Shown here one piece after another: positions 19,139 to 29,173 of a stretch of DNA of 64,000 nt. The stretch's first letter is position 1. The number at the start of each line of letters is the position of its first letter. The DNA is from Tissierellia bacterium. GTDB lineage: Bacteria; Bacillota; Clostridia; Tissierellales; Peptoniphilaceae. Under the pieces are notes generated by a model that was not told the origin of the DNA, did not search any database, and saw only the letters and a list, made by a program, of their open reading frames with translations. The DNA is taken from contig JAUNVH010000001.1 of NCBI GenBank assembly GCA_030537765.1, positions 55,047 to 119,046 on the forward strand, read 5' to 3'. The translations under genes were made by a program, and so were the position numbers.

Positions 19139-19405
19139 CTATTCAGATTCTATGGCTTTTTTCAATTCAGATCTTAATTCTTCACTAATGGAAGTTTTTA
19201 AACTTCTCTCTAAACCTCTGTTTTTAAAACTTTTTTCTAAGCAATTTATATCGTCACAGATATAAGCTCCTCTCCCATTAGCTTTACCCGTTTTATCTAA
19301 AAACACTTCAGATTCTTTATTCTTTACAACACGAATTAAATCTCTTTTATTTTTAGTTTCGCCACAGCCCACACATATTCTAGTGGGAGTTTTCCTAATC
19401 TTCAT
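19139..19405 (-). CDS. ylxR: YlxR/RnpM family RNA-binding protein (DUF448)
   Basis: 88 aa. RICVGCGETKNKRDLIRVV motif. Sits between nusA and infB. Confidence 0.85.
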   Translation of the reverse strand: MKIRKTPTRICVGCGETKNKRDLIRVVKNKESEVFLDKTGKANGRGAYICDDINCLEKSFKNRGLERSLKTSISEELRSELKKAIESE

Positions 19406-19420
19406 TTTCGCACCATCCGC

Positions 19421-20701
19421 TTAAATTTCCATATCTTCAATAACATTTTCTTCGCTCATTTCGTTAAATGGTTCATCATTATGTTCGTCTTTTGGTTCTT
19501 CTAAGCTACTATCTAAAACTTCATCAGTATTATCTTCTTCAGATTCTTCTAGCATGCCAATTCGCTCCAAAAATGCAGTATTAACAACTTCTTCTTCAAA
19601 TCCATTTTCTCTATTCATCATATTGTCTAAAATCTCTTGCTCTTCTTCACTTAAGTTTTCATAATATTCATCGAATTGAGATTCAGATTTTATATCTATT
19701 TTCCAATTAGTAAGTTTTGCAGCCAATCTAGCGTTTTGACCTTCTTTACCTATTGCCAATGAAAGCTGATAATCTGGCACTATAACTAATGCTGATTTTT
19801 CTTTTTCATCCACAATTACATCTATTACTTGCGAAGGACTTAAAGCATTTGCAATAAATTGACTGATTCTTTTATCCCAAACGATTATATCAATTTTTTC
19901 ATTATAAAGAGAGTCTACAATTGCCTTAACTCTACTCCCTTTAAAACCTACACAAGCACCTAGTGGATCTACTTCAGGATCTTTTGAATAAACTGCTATT
20001 TTAGATCGAGAGCCTGCTTCTCTCGCAACAGAATATATTTCTACAATACCATCGTGTATTTCTGGAACTTCAATTTCAAAAAGTCTCTTTATAAGGCCAG
20101 GATGCGATCTTGAAAGTATAATCTGAGGTCCCTTAGTTGTTTTTTTAACTTCTAAAATATATAGTTTTAATCTATCACCTTGCTCATAATTCTCACCCTC
20201 TATTTGCTCTGAAGGAGGAAGTATTGCCTCAGTTTTTCCTAAGTCTATATAAACATTGTTTCTATTTATTCTTTGTATTTGTCCGGTTATCATTTCACAT
20301 TCGCGATCTATATAATCTTGAAATATAACATCGCGCTCTGCATCTTTTATTCTCTGCACAACGACTTGCTTGGCAGTTTGAGCAGCAATTCTTCCAAATT
20401 TTGCAGGTCTGATCTGTTTTGTTACAATATCTCCAATTTCAAACTTACTGTCAATAATTTTGGCTTCTTCTTCAGTTATCTCTAATAGCTCATTTTCAAC
20501 TTCATCTACTACTGTAAATTCTGCTAAAAGTGTAATTTTTCCTGTATCTCTATCGATATTGACTTTTACATTTTGTGAAGTCCCAAAATTCTTTTTATAG
20601 CTTGAAACTAAAGCTGACTCCAGTGCATCAAATATTGTATCTTTAGATATTCCTTTATCTTTTTCTATCTCAGTTAGTGCACTCATAAAGTCTGGATTCA
20701 T
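19421..20701 (-). CDS. nusA: Transcription termination/antitermination factor NusA
   Basis: 426 aa. S1 domain plus two KH domains (GACVGFKGSRVKAI, AIGKEGQNARLAAKLT), then an acidic C-terminal tail of about 80 aa. Confidence 0.95.
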   Translation of the reverse strand: MNPDFMSALTEIEKDKGISKDTIFDALESALVSSYKKNFGTSQNVKVNIDRDTGKITLLAEFTVVDEVENELLEITEEEAKIIDSKFEIGDIVTKQIRPAKFGRIAAQTAKQVVVQRIKDAERDVIFQDYIDRECEMITGQIQRINRNNVYIDLGKTEAILPPSEQIEGENYEQGDRLKLYILEVKKTTKGPQIILSRSHPGLIKRLFEIEVPEIHDGIVEIYSVAREAGSRSKIAVYSKDPEVDPLGACVGFKGSRVKAIVDSLYNEKIDIIVWDKRISQFIANALSPSQVIDVIVDEKEKSALVIVPDYQLSLAIGKEGQNARLAAKLTNWKIDIKSESQFDEYYENLSEEEQEILDNMMNRENGFEEEVVNTAFLERIGMLEESEEDNTDEVLDSSLEEPKDEHNDEPFNEMSEENVIEDMEI

Positions 20702-20711
20702 TTTATCACCC

Positions 20712-21173
20712 CTAAAATTTAATTACTTGCCTCATTAAGGCAATTTTATTGCGAGGGATTATCTTTTTTTCACCCTCAATAGTAAATTCTATACTCTGTT
20801 TATCGTAAGAATTAATTTTTCCTTCGTAAAGTTTTTTGCCATCAATTGGCGCATAGAGTTTTATCTCTATATCATTATTCATATTTCTTCTTAAATCATC
20901 GTCTGATTTTATAGGTCTATCTAATCCCGGAGATGAAACTTCCAGAAAATAATTATTCTCAATCAAATCTCTCTCGTCAATTACAGACTCTATAGCTCTA
21001 CTAATATCAACACAATCATCAATAGAAACTCCTGATTCTTTATACACATAAAATACAATATGCATATCTTCTTTTTGTCTATTGATTTCAAGTTCAACCA
21101 ATTCAGAATTGAAACGATTTAAAATATCCTCTGCAATTTGAATCAAGCTCTTTCTAAGTTCTTTTCTGTCCAT
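20712..21173 (-). CDS. rimP: Ribosome maturation factor RimP
   Basis: 153 aa. LEVSSPGLDRPI signature. Immediately upstream of nusA. Confidence 0.9.
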   Translation of the reverse strand: MDRKELRKSLIQIAEDILNRFNSELVELEINRQKEDMHIVFYVYKESGVSIDDCVDISRAIESVIDERDLIENNYFLEVSSPGLDRPIKSDDDLRRNMNNDIEIKLYAPIDGKKLYEGKINSYDKQSIEFTIEGEKKIIPRNKIALMRQVIKF

Positions 21174-21188
21174 AAAATCTCCTTATCT

Positions 21189-21220
21189 TCAAAAAGATGA
21201 GAGTGGGCTTGCCCACTCTC
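21189..21220 (-). terminator. Intrinsic terminator in the rimP-nusA leader (also the polC terminator)
   Basis: Minus strand GAGAGTGGGC-aa-GCCCACTCTC followed by aTCTTTTTG. Lies between the promoter at 21243-21271 and the rimP SD. Confidence 0.75.
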
Positions 21221-21242
21221 TGCTACAATTTCTATCTATTAA

Positions 21243-21271
21243 ATTATAACACGAATTGCATCGATAATCAA
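21243..21271 (-). promoter_or_regulatory. Sigma-A type promoter of the rimP-nusA-infB operon
   Basis: Minus strand TTGATT (21271-21266), 17-nt spacer, TATAAT (21248-21243). Starts 3 nt after the polC stop. Confidence 0.55.
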
Positions 21272-21274
21272 TTC

Positions 21275-24200
21275 TTAAAAAAAGCTAATTTGATTACTTT
21301 CTTCTAGACCTTCTAAGCATTTATTACGTTTTAATAAATCAATAGTTGAATCTCCAATTCTGGCTCTATTTTTAAAATCTTCAATGCTTATAAACTTACC
21401 ATTTTCTCTTTCGTTCACAATACTATTTGCAACATTTTCACCCATGCCCATTAGAGATCTAAATGGAGGAATTATTTTGCCATCTTTCACAAAAAATTTC
21501 GAAGCTTGACTTTTATATAAATCCAAATTTTCAAATTCATATCCTCTAGCATACATTTCCAAAACTATTTCCATCAAATAGATTTGAGATTTTTCCTTAA
21601 CATTTAGTTCTTTTGGCTGCGATTTAATCTCTTTTATTTTAGCTTTTATTATATCGGGACTTTTAAATAATATTTCTCCATCAAAGTCATTTAATTTCGC
21701 TGTAAATACTGTTGAATAAAATTCTAATGGATAATTTAGTTTAAAATAAGCAATTCTGAATGAAAGCATGACATATGCAACTGCGTGTGATTTTGGAAAC
21801 ATATATTTAATCTTTTGACAAGAGTCAATATACCAATCAGGAACAGAAGTATTTTTAATGGCTTCGATGTCGTAATCTTTTAAACCTTTTCCTTTTCTGA
21901 CTTGCTCCATAATATTAAATGCATGTTCTTCATTACAACCTTCTTTTATAAGAGTTAACATAATATCATCTCTAGTACATATTACTGTTTTCAAATCAGC
22001 TTGACCATTATTAATTAAGTCTTTCGCATTATTTATCCATACATTAGTACCATGAGACAGTCCACTGATTCTAGTAAGTTCATCAAATGTATCAGGGCTG
22101 GTGTCTTTTAGCATATCGCGGACAAAATAAGTTCCAAATTCGGGAATACCCAAAGTCCCTAAATCACAATCGAATATTTCTTTATTTAGCTTCAAACTGT
22201 CTGCCGACGAGAATAAGCTCATAGTGTCTTTATCGTTTAAATCGATTTTTAAAGAGTCTATACCTGTAAACTCTTCTAATTGTTTTATCATAGAAGGACC
22301 GTCATGGCCTAATATATCGAGCTTTAATATAGTTTCACTTATAGCTTCATAATTAAAGTGAGTAGTTATAATATCACTTTTTTTATCTGCTGGGTGCTGA
22401 ATAGGAGTAAAATCGTAAATATCTTTATACTTAGGACAAATCATAATGCCACCAGGGTGCTGACCAGTGGTCTTTTTTACTCCAGCAATTCTTTTCTTTA
22501 AATATTCTTTATAGGCATCTCTTATATAGATTTCATTTTCCTCGTGATATTTACTAACTGAGGCGTAAGCCATTTTTTCAGCTACTGTACTAATAGTTCC
22601 AGCTCTAAATACATAGCCTTTGCCAAATAGTTCTTCTATATATTCATGAGCTGAACTTTGATATTCTCCAGCAAAGTTTAAATCTATATCTGGCTCCTTT
22701 TCTCCGTGAAAGCCTAAGAATACTTCAAAGGGAATATTGTGTCCATCTTTTTGCAAAGTAGTTTGACAATTTGGACAATCTTTATCTGGTAAATCAGGCC
22801 CCGAAAGATACTTGCTAGTATTAATATCTATAAATTCAGAGTATTGACAATTTGGACATATATAATGTGGTCCGAGAGGATTAACTTCTGTTATATCGCT
22901 CATAGTAGCCACAAATGAAGAACCCACCGAACCCCTAGATCCGACATAGAAACCGTCTTCATTCGATTTTTTTACTAATTTATTAGATATCATGTATAAG
23001 ACAGAATAACCTTTAGAAATTATTAAATCTAATTCTCTTTCAATTCTATTCGAAACTATTTCTGGCAATTTTTCTCCATAGATTCTATGTGCGTTGCTGT
23101 AGACTAATTTTTTTAAATCTTCGTCTGAATTTTTTACAACAGGTGGAAAAGTACCTTCAGGGATAGGTCTAATTTTTTCAATTTGATCATTTATCTTATG
23201 AGTATTTTCTATAACAATTTCTCTAGCCCTATCTTCTCCTAGAAAAGAAAATTCTTCTAGCATCTCATCTGTCGTTTTGAAATATCTACTATTATCGAAA
23301 TTAGATTTTCTTCTAAACATTGCACTATCATAATTAATTATTTCTCTTAAAATAGCATCTTCCTTATCAAGATAATAAACATCTGAAGTGGCTATCACAG
23401 TTTTTTGATATTTATTTGCAATCTCTATCGTTTTAGATAAATATTTTTCAACTTCCGTCTTATCTTTAAAATTGTCACCTATTATATATTTATAATTTTC
23501 TGGCGATTGAACAGAAATAAAATCATAAAAATTTATAATATCTTTGATTTTAGTATCATCATAAGAGTTTAAAACTGCTTGATTAAAGTCGTTTTCGATA
23601 TTACCAGAACCAATTAGTATACCTTCTTTATACTCTAACAATAATGATTTTGGTATTTTTGCTTGCATATGAAAATAGTCCATATGCGATTTACTAATTA
23701 ATTTATATAAATTTTTCAAACCAGTTAAATTTTTTACAAGCAATAAAACAGGGTTTGGAAAAGTTCTTTGAAATTCTATGTCTTTGCTAAAAAAGTTTAT
23801 TTCTGTGGCTGTAAATTTAGTATTACCTATATTGTTGCTGCACATTTTAAGAAAAACTTCTGCAGTCGCTTTAGCATCGTCTAATGCTCTGTGAGCATTT
23901 ATGAGAGATACTCCTAATCTCTTTGACAATGTTCCTAATCTGTGAGATTTTGCATCGGGATATATGGCCCTACTAAATTCTAAAGTATCTATAATAGGAT
24001 TATTAATTTCTATTCCAATGTTTTTTAGAGCCAGTCTTATAAAGTTGATATCGAATGAAGCATTGTGAGCTACTAAAACTGAATCTTTAAAGAAATTATA
24101 AAATCTTTCGATAACCTCATTTATTAATGGCTTACCATAGAGCATTCCATCGGTTATATTCGTCAATTGCACAATTTTTGGGCTCAAATTTTCTTTAGGA

Positions 24201-25516
24201 TCTATTAATTCATGAAATTCATCTACAATAATTCCATCTTTTATTCTCACAGCTCCAATTTCTATAATTTTTGAATAAGCTGCGTATAAACCCGTTGTTT
24301 CGATATCAAAGACTACAAAATCATCATAAATTTTATCAGGTATATAATTAGTCATAATCGAACGATCATCTTCAACGACATTAGCTTCTAAACCGTAAAT
24401 AATTTTTAGATTATTTGCTTCTCCTGATTCCATAGCTTCTGGAAAAGCCTGAGCTACAGCATTATCAGTTATCGCAATTGCCTCATGGCCAAAGCTTTTT
24501 GCTCTTTCAATAAATTCTGACACATTAGCAGTGCCATCCATCGCAGACATTTTTGTATGAATAGAAAGCTCTATTCGTTTTTTGTCACTATTGTCAGTTC
24601 GATTATCGATTTCAATATTTTCCATATAGGATATTTTGAAAACTTCATCTCTTTCATAATTATCATATAAATAACTTCCCTCAATTAAAAGATGGTCTCC
24701 AACATTAACAGATTTTAAAAAGTTTTCACCAATGCTTTTATTTAAAAACAGCTTGCATTTAACTGCTTCAGTTCTATCGGTTACAAATAGCGATATAATA
24801 TATAATTCTTTCTTTGTCACTAAATGATCTAATTTAAACAGTTTGCCTGATATCGCAACATTCAAAGGATCTTCATTTAGATCCTCCATCTTTACAAGTT
24901 TAAACGATGATTTTTTGCCATAAGTAAAAGTCTTAAAACTAGAATTGCTTTTCTTTTCCGATGAACTATATTTAATACTATTTGCAAAATCAATCTCTTC
25001 AGCATTGATGCCTTCAAAAAAACTATCTTCTTCAAATAAACTATTTTTGGAGTCCTTGAAATTTAAATCCCAGTTTGAAAATTCTTTTTCTAAATCGCTT
25101 ATGATTCGTTCTTTTTTTGGTGCAAAATCTCCATTTAAATTATTAGGGATATAGATATCAATTATACTATGCTCTTCATCAATATTTACAGTATCGTCTG
25201 TGAACCAACAAGCAGATGAAGGATTGTTTTTACAAATTATAGATTTAATTCTCTCATATGGAGATTCAAATTTATTTAAATTATTATAAATAAATTCAAT
25301 TTTAAAGGGTATTAATCTCTTTTCAAGATTGTTTTTTATCTTATTTTCTAAATCAGATTCTAATTCATTGCTATTTAATTCTAATAAAATGATTCGTTTA
25401 GATTTAAAAATCTTTATACTTAATATATAAATATTTTCAATTGAATTTAACTCATCAGTATTTAATATTTTAAGCTCCAGTATTTCAGTTAGTTTCTTAT
25501 ACTTTATATTATCCAT
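21275..25516 (-). CDS. polC: DNA polymerase III alpha subunit, PolC type
   Basis: 1413 aa. Internal DEDD exonuclease (VVFDIETTGL, HNASFDINF, HRALDDA), a PHP domain and a CPNCQ...CPNCQ Zn module. Confidence 0.96.
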   Translation of the reverse strand: MDNIKYKKLTEILELKILNTDELNSIENIYILSIKIFKSKRIILLELNSNELESDLENKIKNNLEKRLIPFKIEFIYNNLNKFESPYERIKSIICKNNPSSACWFTDDTVNIDEEHSIIDIYIPNNLNGDFAPKKERIISDLEKEFSNWDLNFKDSKNSLFEEDSFFEGINAEEIDFANSIKYSSSEKKSNSSFKTFTYGKKSSFKLVKMEDLNEDPLNVAISGKLFKLDHLVTKKELYIISLFVTDRTEAVKCKLFLNKSIGENFLKSVNVGDHLLIEGSYLYDNYERDEVFKISYMENIEIDNRTDNSDKKRIELSIHTKMSAMDGTANVSEFIERAKSFGHEAIAITDNAVAQAFPEAMESGEANNLKIIYGLEANVVEDDRSIMTNYIPDKIYDDFVVFDIETTGLYAAYSKIIEIGAVRIKDGIIVDEFHELIDPKENLSPKIVQLTNITDGMLYGKPLINEVIERFYNFFKDSVLVAHNASFDINFIRLALKNIGIEINNPIIDTLEFSRAIYPDAKSHRLGTLSKRLGVSLINAHRALDDAKATAEVFLKMCSNNIGNTKFTATEINFFSKDIEFQRTFPNPVLLLVKNLTGLKNLYKLISKSHMDYFHMQAKIPKSLLLEYKEGILIGSGNIENDFNQAVLNSYDDTKIKDIINFYDFISVQSPENYKYIIGDNFKDKTEVEKYLSKTIEIANKYQKTVIATSDVYYLDKEDAILREIINYDSAMFRRKSNFDNSRYFKTTDEMLEEFSFLGEDRAREIVIENTHKINDQIEKIRPIPEGTFPPVVKNSDEDLKKLVYSNAHRIYGEKLPEIVSNRIERELDLIISKGYSVLYMISNKLVKKSNEDGFYVGSRGSVGSSFVATMSDITEVNPLGPHYICPNCQYSEFIDINTSKYLSGPDLPDKDCPNCQTTLQKDGHNIPFEVFLGFHGEKEPDIDLNFAGEYQSSAHEYIEELFGKGYVFRAGTISTVAEKMAYASVSKYHEENEIYIRDAYKEYLKKRIAGVKKTTGQHPGGIMICPKYKDIYDFTPIQHPADKKSDIITTHFNYEAISETILKLDILGHDGPSMIKQLEEFTGIDSLKIDLNDKDTMSLFSSADSLKLNKEIFDCDLGTLGIPEFGTYFVRDMLKDTSPDTFDELTRISGLSHGTNVWINNAKDLINNGQADLKTVICTRDDIMLTLIKEGCNEEHAFNIMEQVRKGKGLKDYDIEAIKNTSVPDWYIDSCQKIKYMFPKSHAVAYVMLSFRIAYFKLNYPLEFYSTVFTAKLNDFDGEILFKSPDIIKAKIKEIKSQPKELNVKEKSQIYLMEIVLEMYARGYEFENLDLYKSQASKFFVKDGKIIPPFRSLMGMGENVANSIVNERENGKFISIEDFKNRARIGDSTIDLLKRNKCLEGLEESNQISFF

Positions 25517-26564
25517 TTATATTATCGCTTTCTATGATTTGAAAAAGTTCATTTAATAAATCTTCCTGTTTGACAGTTTTTAAAATTTTTCCTTTTTTAA
25601 AAATAACACCTTTGCCTTTTGCTCCCGAGATACCGTAGTCTGCTTCTTTTGCTTCCCCCGGACCATTAACTGGACATCCCATAACAGCAATTTTAATGGG
25701 CTTATTTATTTTGCTTAAAGCTCTTTCTTCGACTTCTTTTGCCAATTTGAACATATCAATCGAAGTTCTCGAACATGTCGGACATGAAATTACTTCGGCA
25801 TCAAAGTTTCTTATACCTAAAGATTGAAGAATTCTTTTAGCTGTTATTATTTCATCAACAGGTTTTGATGTTAAGGACACTCTGATAGTGTCGCCAATGT
25901 TTTGGCTAAGTAATGCACCAATTCCGACTGATGATTTTATGCTGCCATATTCCTTAGTACCTGATTCAGTAATACCAATATGGAGAGGATAATCACAAAT
26001 CTGTCTAAATATTTTATTAGCTCCAATTGTGTCTTTGACTAAAGTCGATTTTATAGCAACTTTTGTATTATAAAAATTTAATGATTCTAAAACTTCAATT
26101 TCCATCAGCGCAGATTCAAGCAGTGATTTTTCATTTACTCCATTATATTTTTTTAAAACATTTTTTGCTATAGAACCTGAGTTGACTCCAATTCTAATAG
26201 GTATACCATAGTATTCACAGGCTCGTACAATTTCACGCACTTTATCTTTGTTGCCAATATTTCCAGGATTTACTCTGATACAATCGGCCTTATTTTTTGC
26301 TGCATAAATTGCGAGCTTGTAATCGAATTGAATATCAGCTATAAGAGGAATATTAATATGCTTTTTAATTTTTGAAAATGAATTAGCATCTTCCTCATCA
26401 TTTACAGCAGCGCGTATAATTTCACAACCTGAATTTTCAAGTTCTAAGATTTGACCAATTGTACTTTCTATATCTTTTGTTTGAGTATTGGTCATTGACT
26501 GTATGCTTATAGGAGATCCTCCACCTATAGGAACATCTCCAACATAAATTTTTTTTGATTTCAT
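25509..26564 (-). CDS. ispG: 4-hydroxy-3-methylbut-2-en-1-yl diphosphate synthase
   Basis: 351 aa, GcpE family. Fe-S cysteines in ISCPTCSRT and GCPVNGPGE. Confidence 0.93.
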   Translation of the reverse strand: MKSKKIYVGDVPIGGGSPISIQSMTNTQTKDIESTIGQILELENSGCEIIRAAVNDEEDANSFSKIKKHINIPLIADIQFDYKLAIYAAKNKADCIRVNPGNIGNKDKVREIVRACEYYGIPIRIGVNSGSIAKNVLKKYNGVNEKSLLESALMEIEVLESLNFYNTKVAIKSTLVKDTIGANKIFRQICDYPLHIGITESGTKEYGSIKSSVGIGALLSQNIGDTIRVSLTSKPVDEIITAKRILQSLGIRNFDAEVISCPTCSRTSIDMFKLAKEVEERALSKINKPIKIAVMGCPVNGPGEAKEADYGISGAKGKGVIFKKGKILKTVKQEDLLNELFQIIESDNING

Positions 26565-26566
26565 AT

Positions 26567-27568
26567 TTAATTACCCATTCTAAATATATCGTTAAATATA
26601 GTTACATATATCATTAGGCCGAAAAGCAAAACAAAACCAAAAGCATTAATTCCAATAGCGATTTTTTCGGGAATTTTTTTACCCGAAATAGCTTCTGCTA
26701 ATATCATCAAAAATCTGCCCCCGTCAAGCGCTGGAATGGGCAACATATTAAATATTCCCAAATTGGCTGAAATTGCCCCAATAATATATAATACTCCAAT
26801 TATTCCCAATTGCGATGCTTTGCCAATTTCTCGAGCAACGCCTACAGGTCCCATTAATTCAGATACATCTTGTTTAAAAGTTACTAATTCTTTCAAGAAC
26901 TTTAAAATCATGAGCGATGTATTTTTAGTTTCCTTAAGTCCAGCTTTTAAAACATTCCCAGCATTCTTCATAGGTTGATAATTTATCCCTATTGTCTTTC
27001 TGCCGTTTGTGTCTTCAGTTTCAGATTCTATATTTAAAATTTCTTTATCTCTTTCTATTTTCAAATTTATAGTACTGGAATCAGCCTTACTAATGTTTTC
27101 AATAATATCTTCCCAGGATTTTACAGGCGTTTTATTTATTTCAAGTATCTTATCTTTTGCTTTTAAACCTGCATAATATGCAGGCGAGTTATCTAAAACT
27201 TCTCCAATGGTTGTTGAAGGTGTTCCGACGATAGCAAAAAATAGTGTAAATGCGAGTATTGCTAAAAGCATATTCATTAAAGCACCAGCCACGATGACGA
27301 TCATCTGCTTAATAGGACTCACATTGTTAAAAGCACGCAAATCATCAGAATTTTCCTCTTCTCCTTCCATAGCAACAAAACCACCTATTGGTAATGCTCT
27401 GAGCGAGTAACTGGTCTCGCCATAACTTTTAGAAAATATTTTTGGCCCCATGCCAATAGAGAATTCATTTACTTTTACGTCAGAAAGCTTGGCCGCAGTA
27501 AAGTGACCAAATTCATGCAAAAATATTACTGTGAAAAACACAAGTATAGTTATAATAGCAGCTAGCAT
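26567..27568 (-). CDS. rseP: RIP site-2 zinc metalloprotease (M50, RseP/RasP)
   Basis: HEFGH zinc motif, a central PDZ-like segment, and LPIPALDGG in a C-terminal TM helix. Confidence 0.9.
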   Translation of the reverse strand: MLAAIITILVFFTVIFLHEFGHFTAAKLSDVKVNEFSIGMGPKIFSKSYGETSYSLRALPIGGFVAMEGEEENSDDLRAFNNVSPIKQMIVIVAGALMNMLLAILAFTLFFAIVGTPSTTIGEVLDNSPAYYAGLKAKDKILEINKTPVKSWEDIIENISKADSSTINLKIERDKEILNIESETEDTNGRKTIGINYQPMKNAGNVLKAGLKETKNTSLMILKFLKELVTFKQDVSELMGPVGVAREIGKASQLGIIGVLYIIGAISANLGIFNMLPIPALDGGRFLMILAEAISGKKIPEKIAIGINAFGFVLLFGLMIYVTIFNDIFRMGN

Positions 27569-28347
27569 TAATAACCTCCATTAAATAGACCATATATAAC
27601 AAAATAAACAGTGGGTGCTACTAAAATTACACTGTCGAACCTATCCATAATGCCACCATGGCCAGGTATTATATAACCAAAATCTTTAATATCATTTGCT
27701 CTTTTTATTCTAGAAGCAGTTAAATCTCCCAATTGTGAAACGATTGAGCCAGCAATAGCAACTCCCAAAATTTTTAATATATTAAAATCTGTAAGCAACT
27801 TAAGGTATATAAAACAGACTATAATACAACCGAAAACTCCACCTATTGCACCCTCTACACTTTTATTAGGACTGATTGTAGGGCATAATTTATTTTTGCC
27901 AAAGTTCATTCCAAAGATATATGCAAATGTATCTGTGGAAAATGCAATTACAAATATTAAACCTTGAATGACTTTATGTTCAATAGTTCCCATTAGCATA
28001 AAATTATATGATAAATAGATTATTGCAAATAAACTGCAAGCAGAGTTTACTAAATTGTCCTCTTTAGTCAAAATATTTAAAGCCGTTAAAACGATTACAA
28101 GAATTAAACTATATTGAATTGTATTATGCATAACTATTTCATAAAAAATACTTAAAGAGCTTAAAATTAAATATATTGCTGATAGTTCAATATTAGAATT
28201 ATAAACGGCTTTTTTAAATTCATATAATGCTATTAAAGAGATTGCAAATAAGGCAATTTTATAATATATACCATTTTTTATAATTAGGAAAATTAATAAT
28301 AAAACCCCAATTACTCCACTCATAATTCGTTTTTGTAATTCATTCAT
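27568..28347 (-). CDS. cdsA: Phosphatidate cytidylyltransferase
   Basis: Signature SRIKRANDIKDFGYIIPGHGGIMDRFDS. I set the start at ATG 28347, preceded by GGAGGG; it overlaps the uppS stop by 8 nt (ATGAATGA). Confidence 0.9.
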   Translation of the reverse strand: MNELQKRIMSGVIGVLLLIFLIIKNGIYYKIALFAISLIALYEFKKAVYNSNIELSAIYLILSSLSIFYEIVMHNTIQYSLILVIVLTALNILTKEDNLVNSACSLFAIIYLSYNFMLMGTIEHKVIQGLIFVIAFSTDTFAYIFGMNFGKNKLCPTISPNKSVEGAIGGVFGCIIVCFIYLKLLTDFNILKILGVAIAGSIVSQLGDLTASRIKRANDIKDFGYIIPGHGGIMDRFDSVILVAPTVYFVIYGLFNGGY

Positions 28348-29065
28348 TTTTAAGCCCTCCAAATCTGCGGTCTCTAGATTGAAATTCAACTATCGCTTTA
28401 TAAAGTTGATCGCAATTAAAATCTGGCCATAATATATCAGAAAAATAGAGTTCCGCATATGCAGATTGAAATAATAAAAAATTGCTCAAGCGCAATTCCC
28501 CACTTGGCCTGATTAAGAGATCTATATCACTTTGAGATTCTGTATATAGATATTTCTTAAATGTATTCATATCGATTTCTGTATCGAATTTATCTTTATC
28601 TTTTAATATATTATTGCAAGCTCTAAGGATTTCTTGTTGAGATCCGTAATTTAATGCAATATTTAATATCATATTAGTATTATCTTTGGTTAGATTTATT
28701 GCATATTCAAGTCTTTCTCTAACTTTATCTTCAAATTTTGATTCGTCACCAAGTAGAATTAATTTGACATTGTTTTTATTAAGTTCATCAATTTGATCAT
28801 TTATGAATCTCACCAAAATATTCATTAATGCATCTATCTCTTTTGTTGGTCGTTTCCAGTTTTCGGTTGAAAAGGCAAAAAGACTTAGACTTTTAATTCC
28901 TAAATTTGATGCACATCTTATAATTTCCGTAACTCTTTTTGCTCCTTCATTGTGACCAAATGAACGCGGGAGTTTTCTACGCTTGGCCCAACGACCATTA
29001 CCATCCATAATTATAGCTATATGATTTGGTAATCTATTCATATCAATCTGTTCATATATCGACAT
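28340..29065 (-). CDS. uppS: Undecaprenyl diphosphate synthase
   Basis: IAIIMDGNGRWA and ELYFSDILWPDF motifs. 241 aa. Confidence 0.94.
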   Translation of the reverse strand: MSIYEQIDMNRLPNHIAIIMDGNGRWAKRRKLPRSFGHNEGAKRVTEIIRCASNLGIKSLSLFAFSTENWKRPTKEIDALMNILVRFINDQIDELNKNNVKLILLGDESKFEDKVRERLEYAINLTKDNTNMILNIALNYGSQQEILRACNNILKDKDKFDTEIDMNTFKKYLYTESQSDIDLLIRPSGELRLSNFLLFQSAYAELYFSDILWPDFNCDQLYKAIVEFQSRDRRFGGLKNE

Positions 29066-29132
29066 TTATATACCTCTCTAAACATTATATAAATATTATA
29101 CTTTATTGTTAGGATTTATTCATCTATTTTGC

Positions 29133-29160
29133 AAAAAAAAGGCCCCATTTTCATGAGGCC
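29133..29160 (-). terminator. Intrinsic terminator after frr
   Basis: Minus strand GGCCTC-atgaaaat-GGGGCC followed by TTTTTTTT. Confidence 0.8.
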
Positions 29161-29173
29161 AGAGTTGTTAAGT

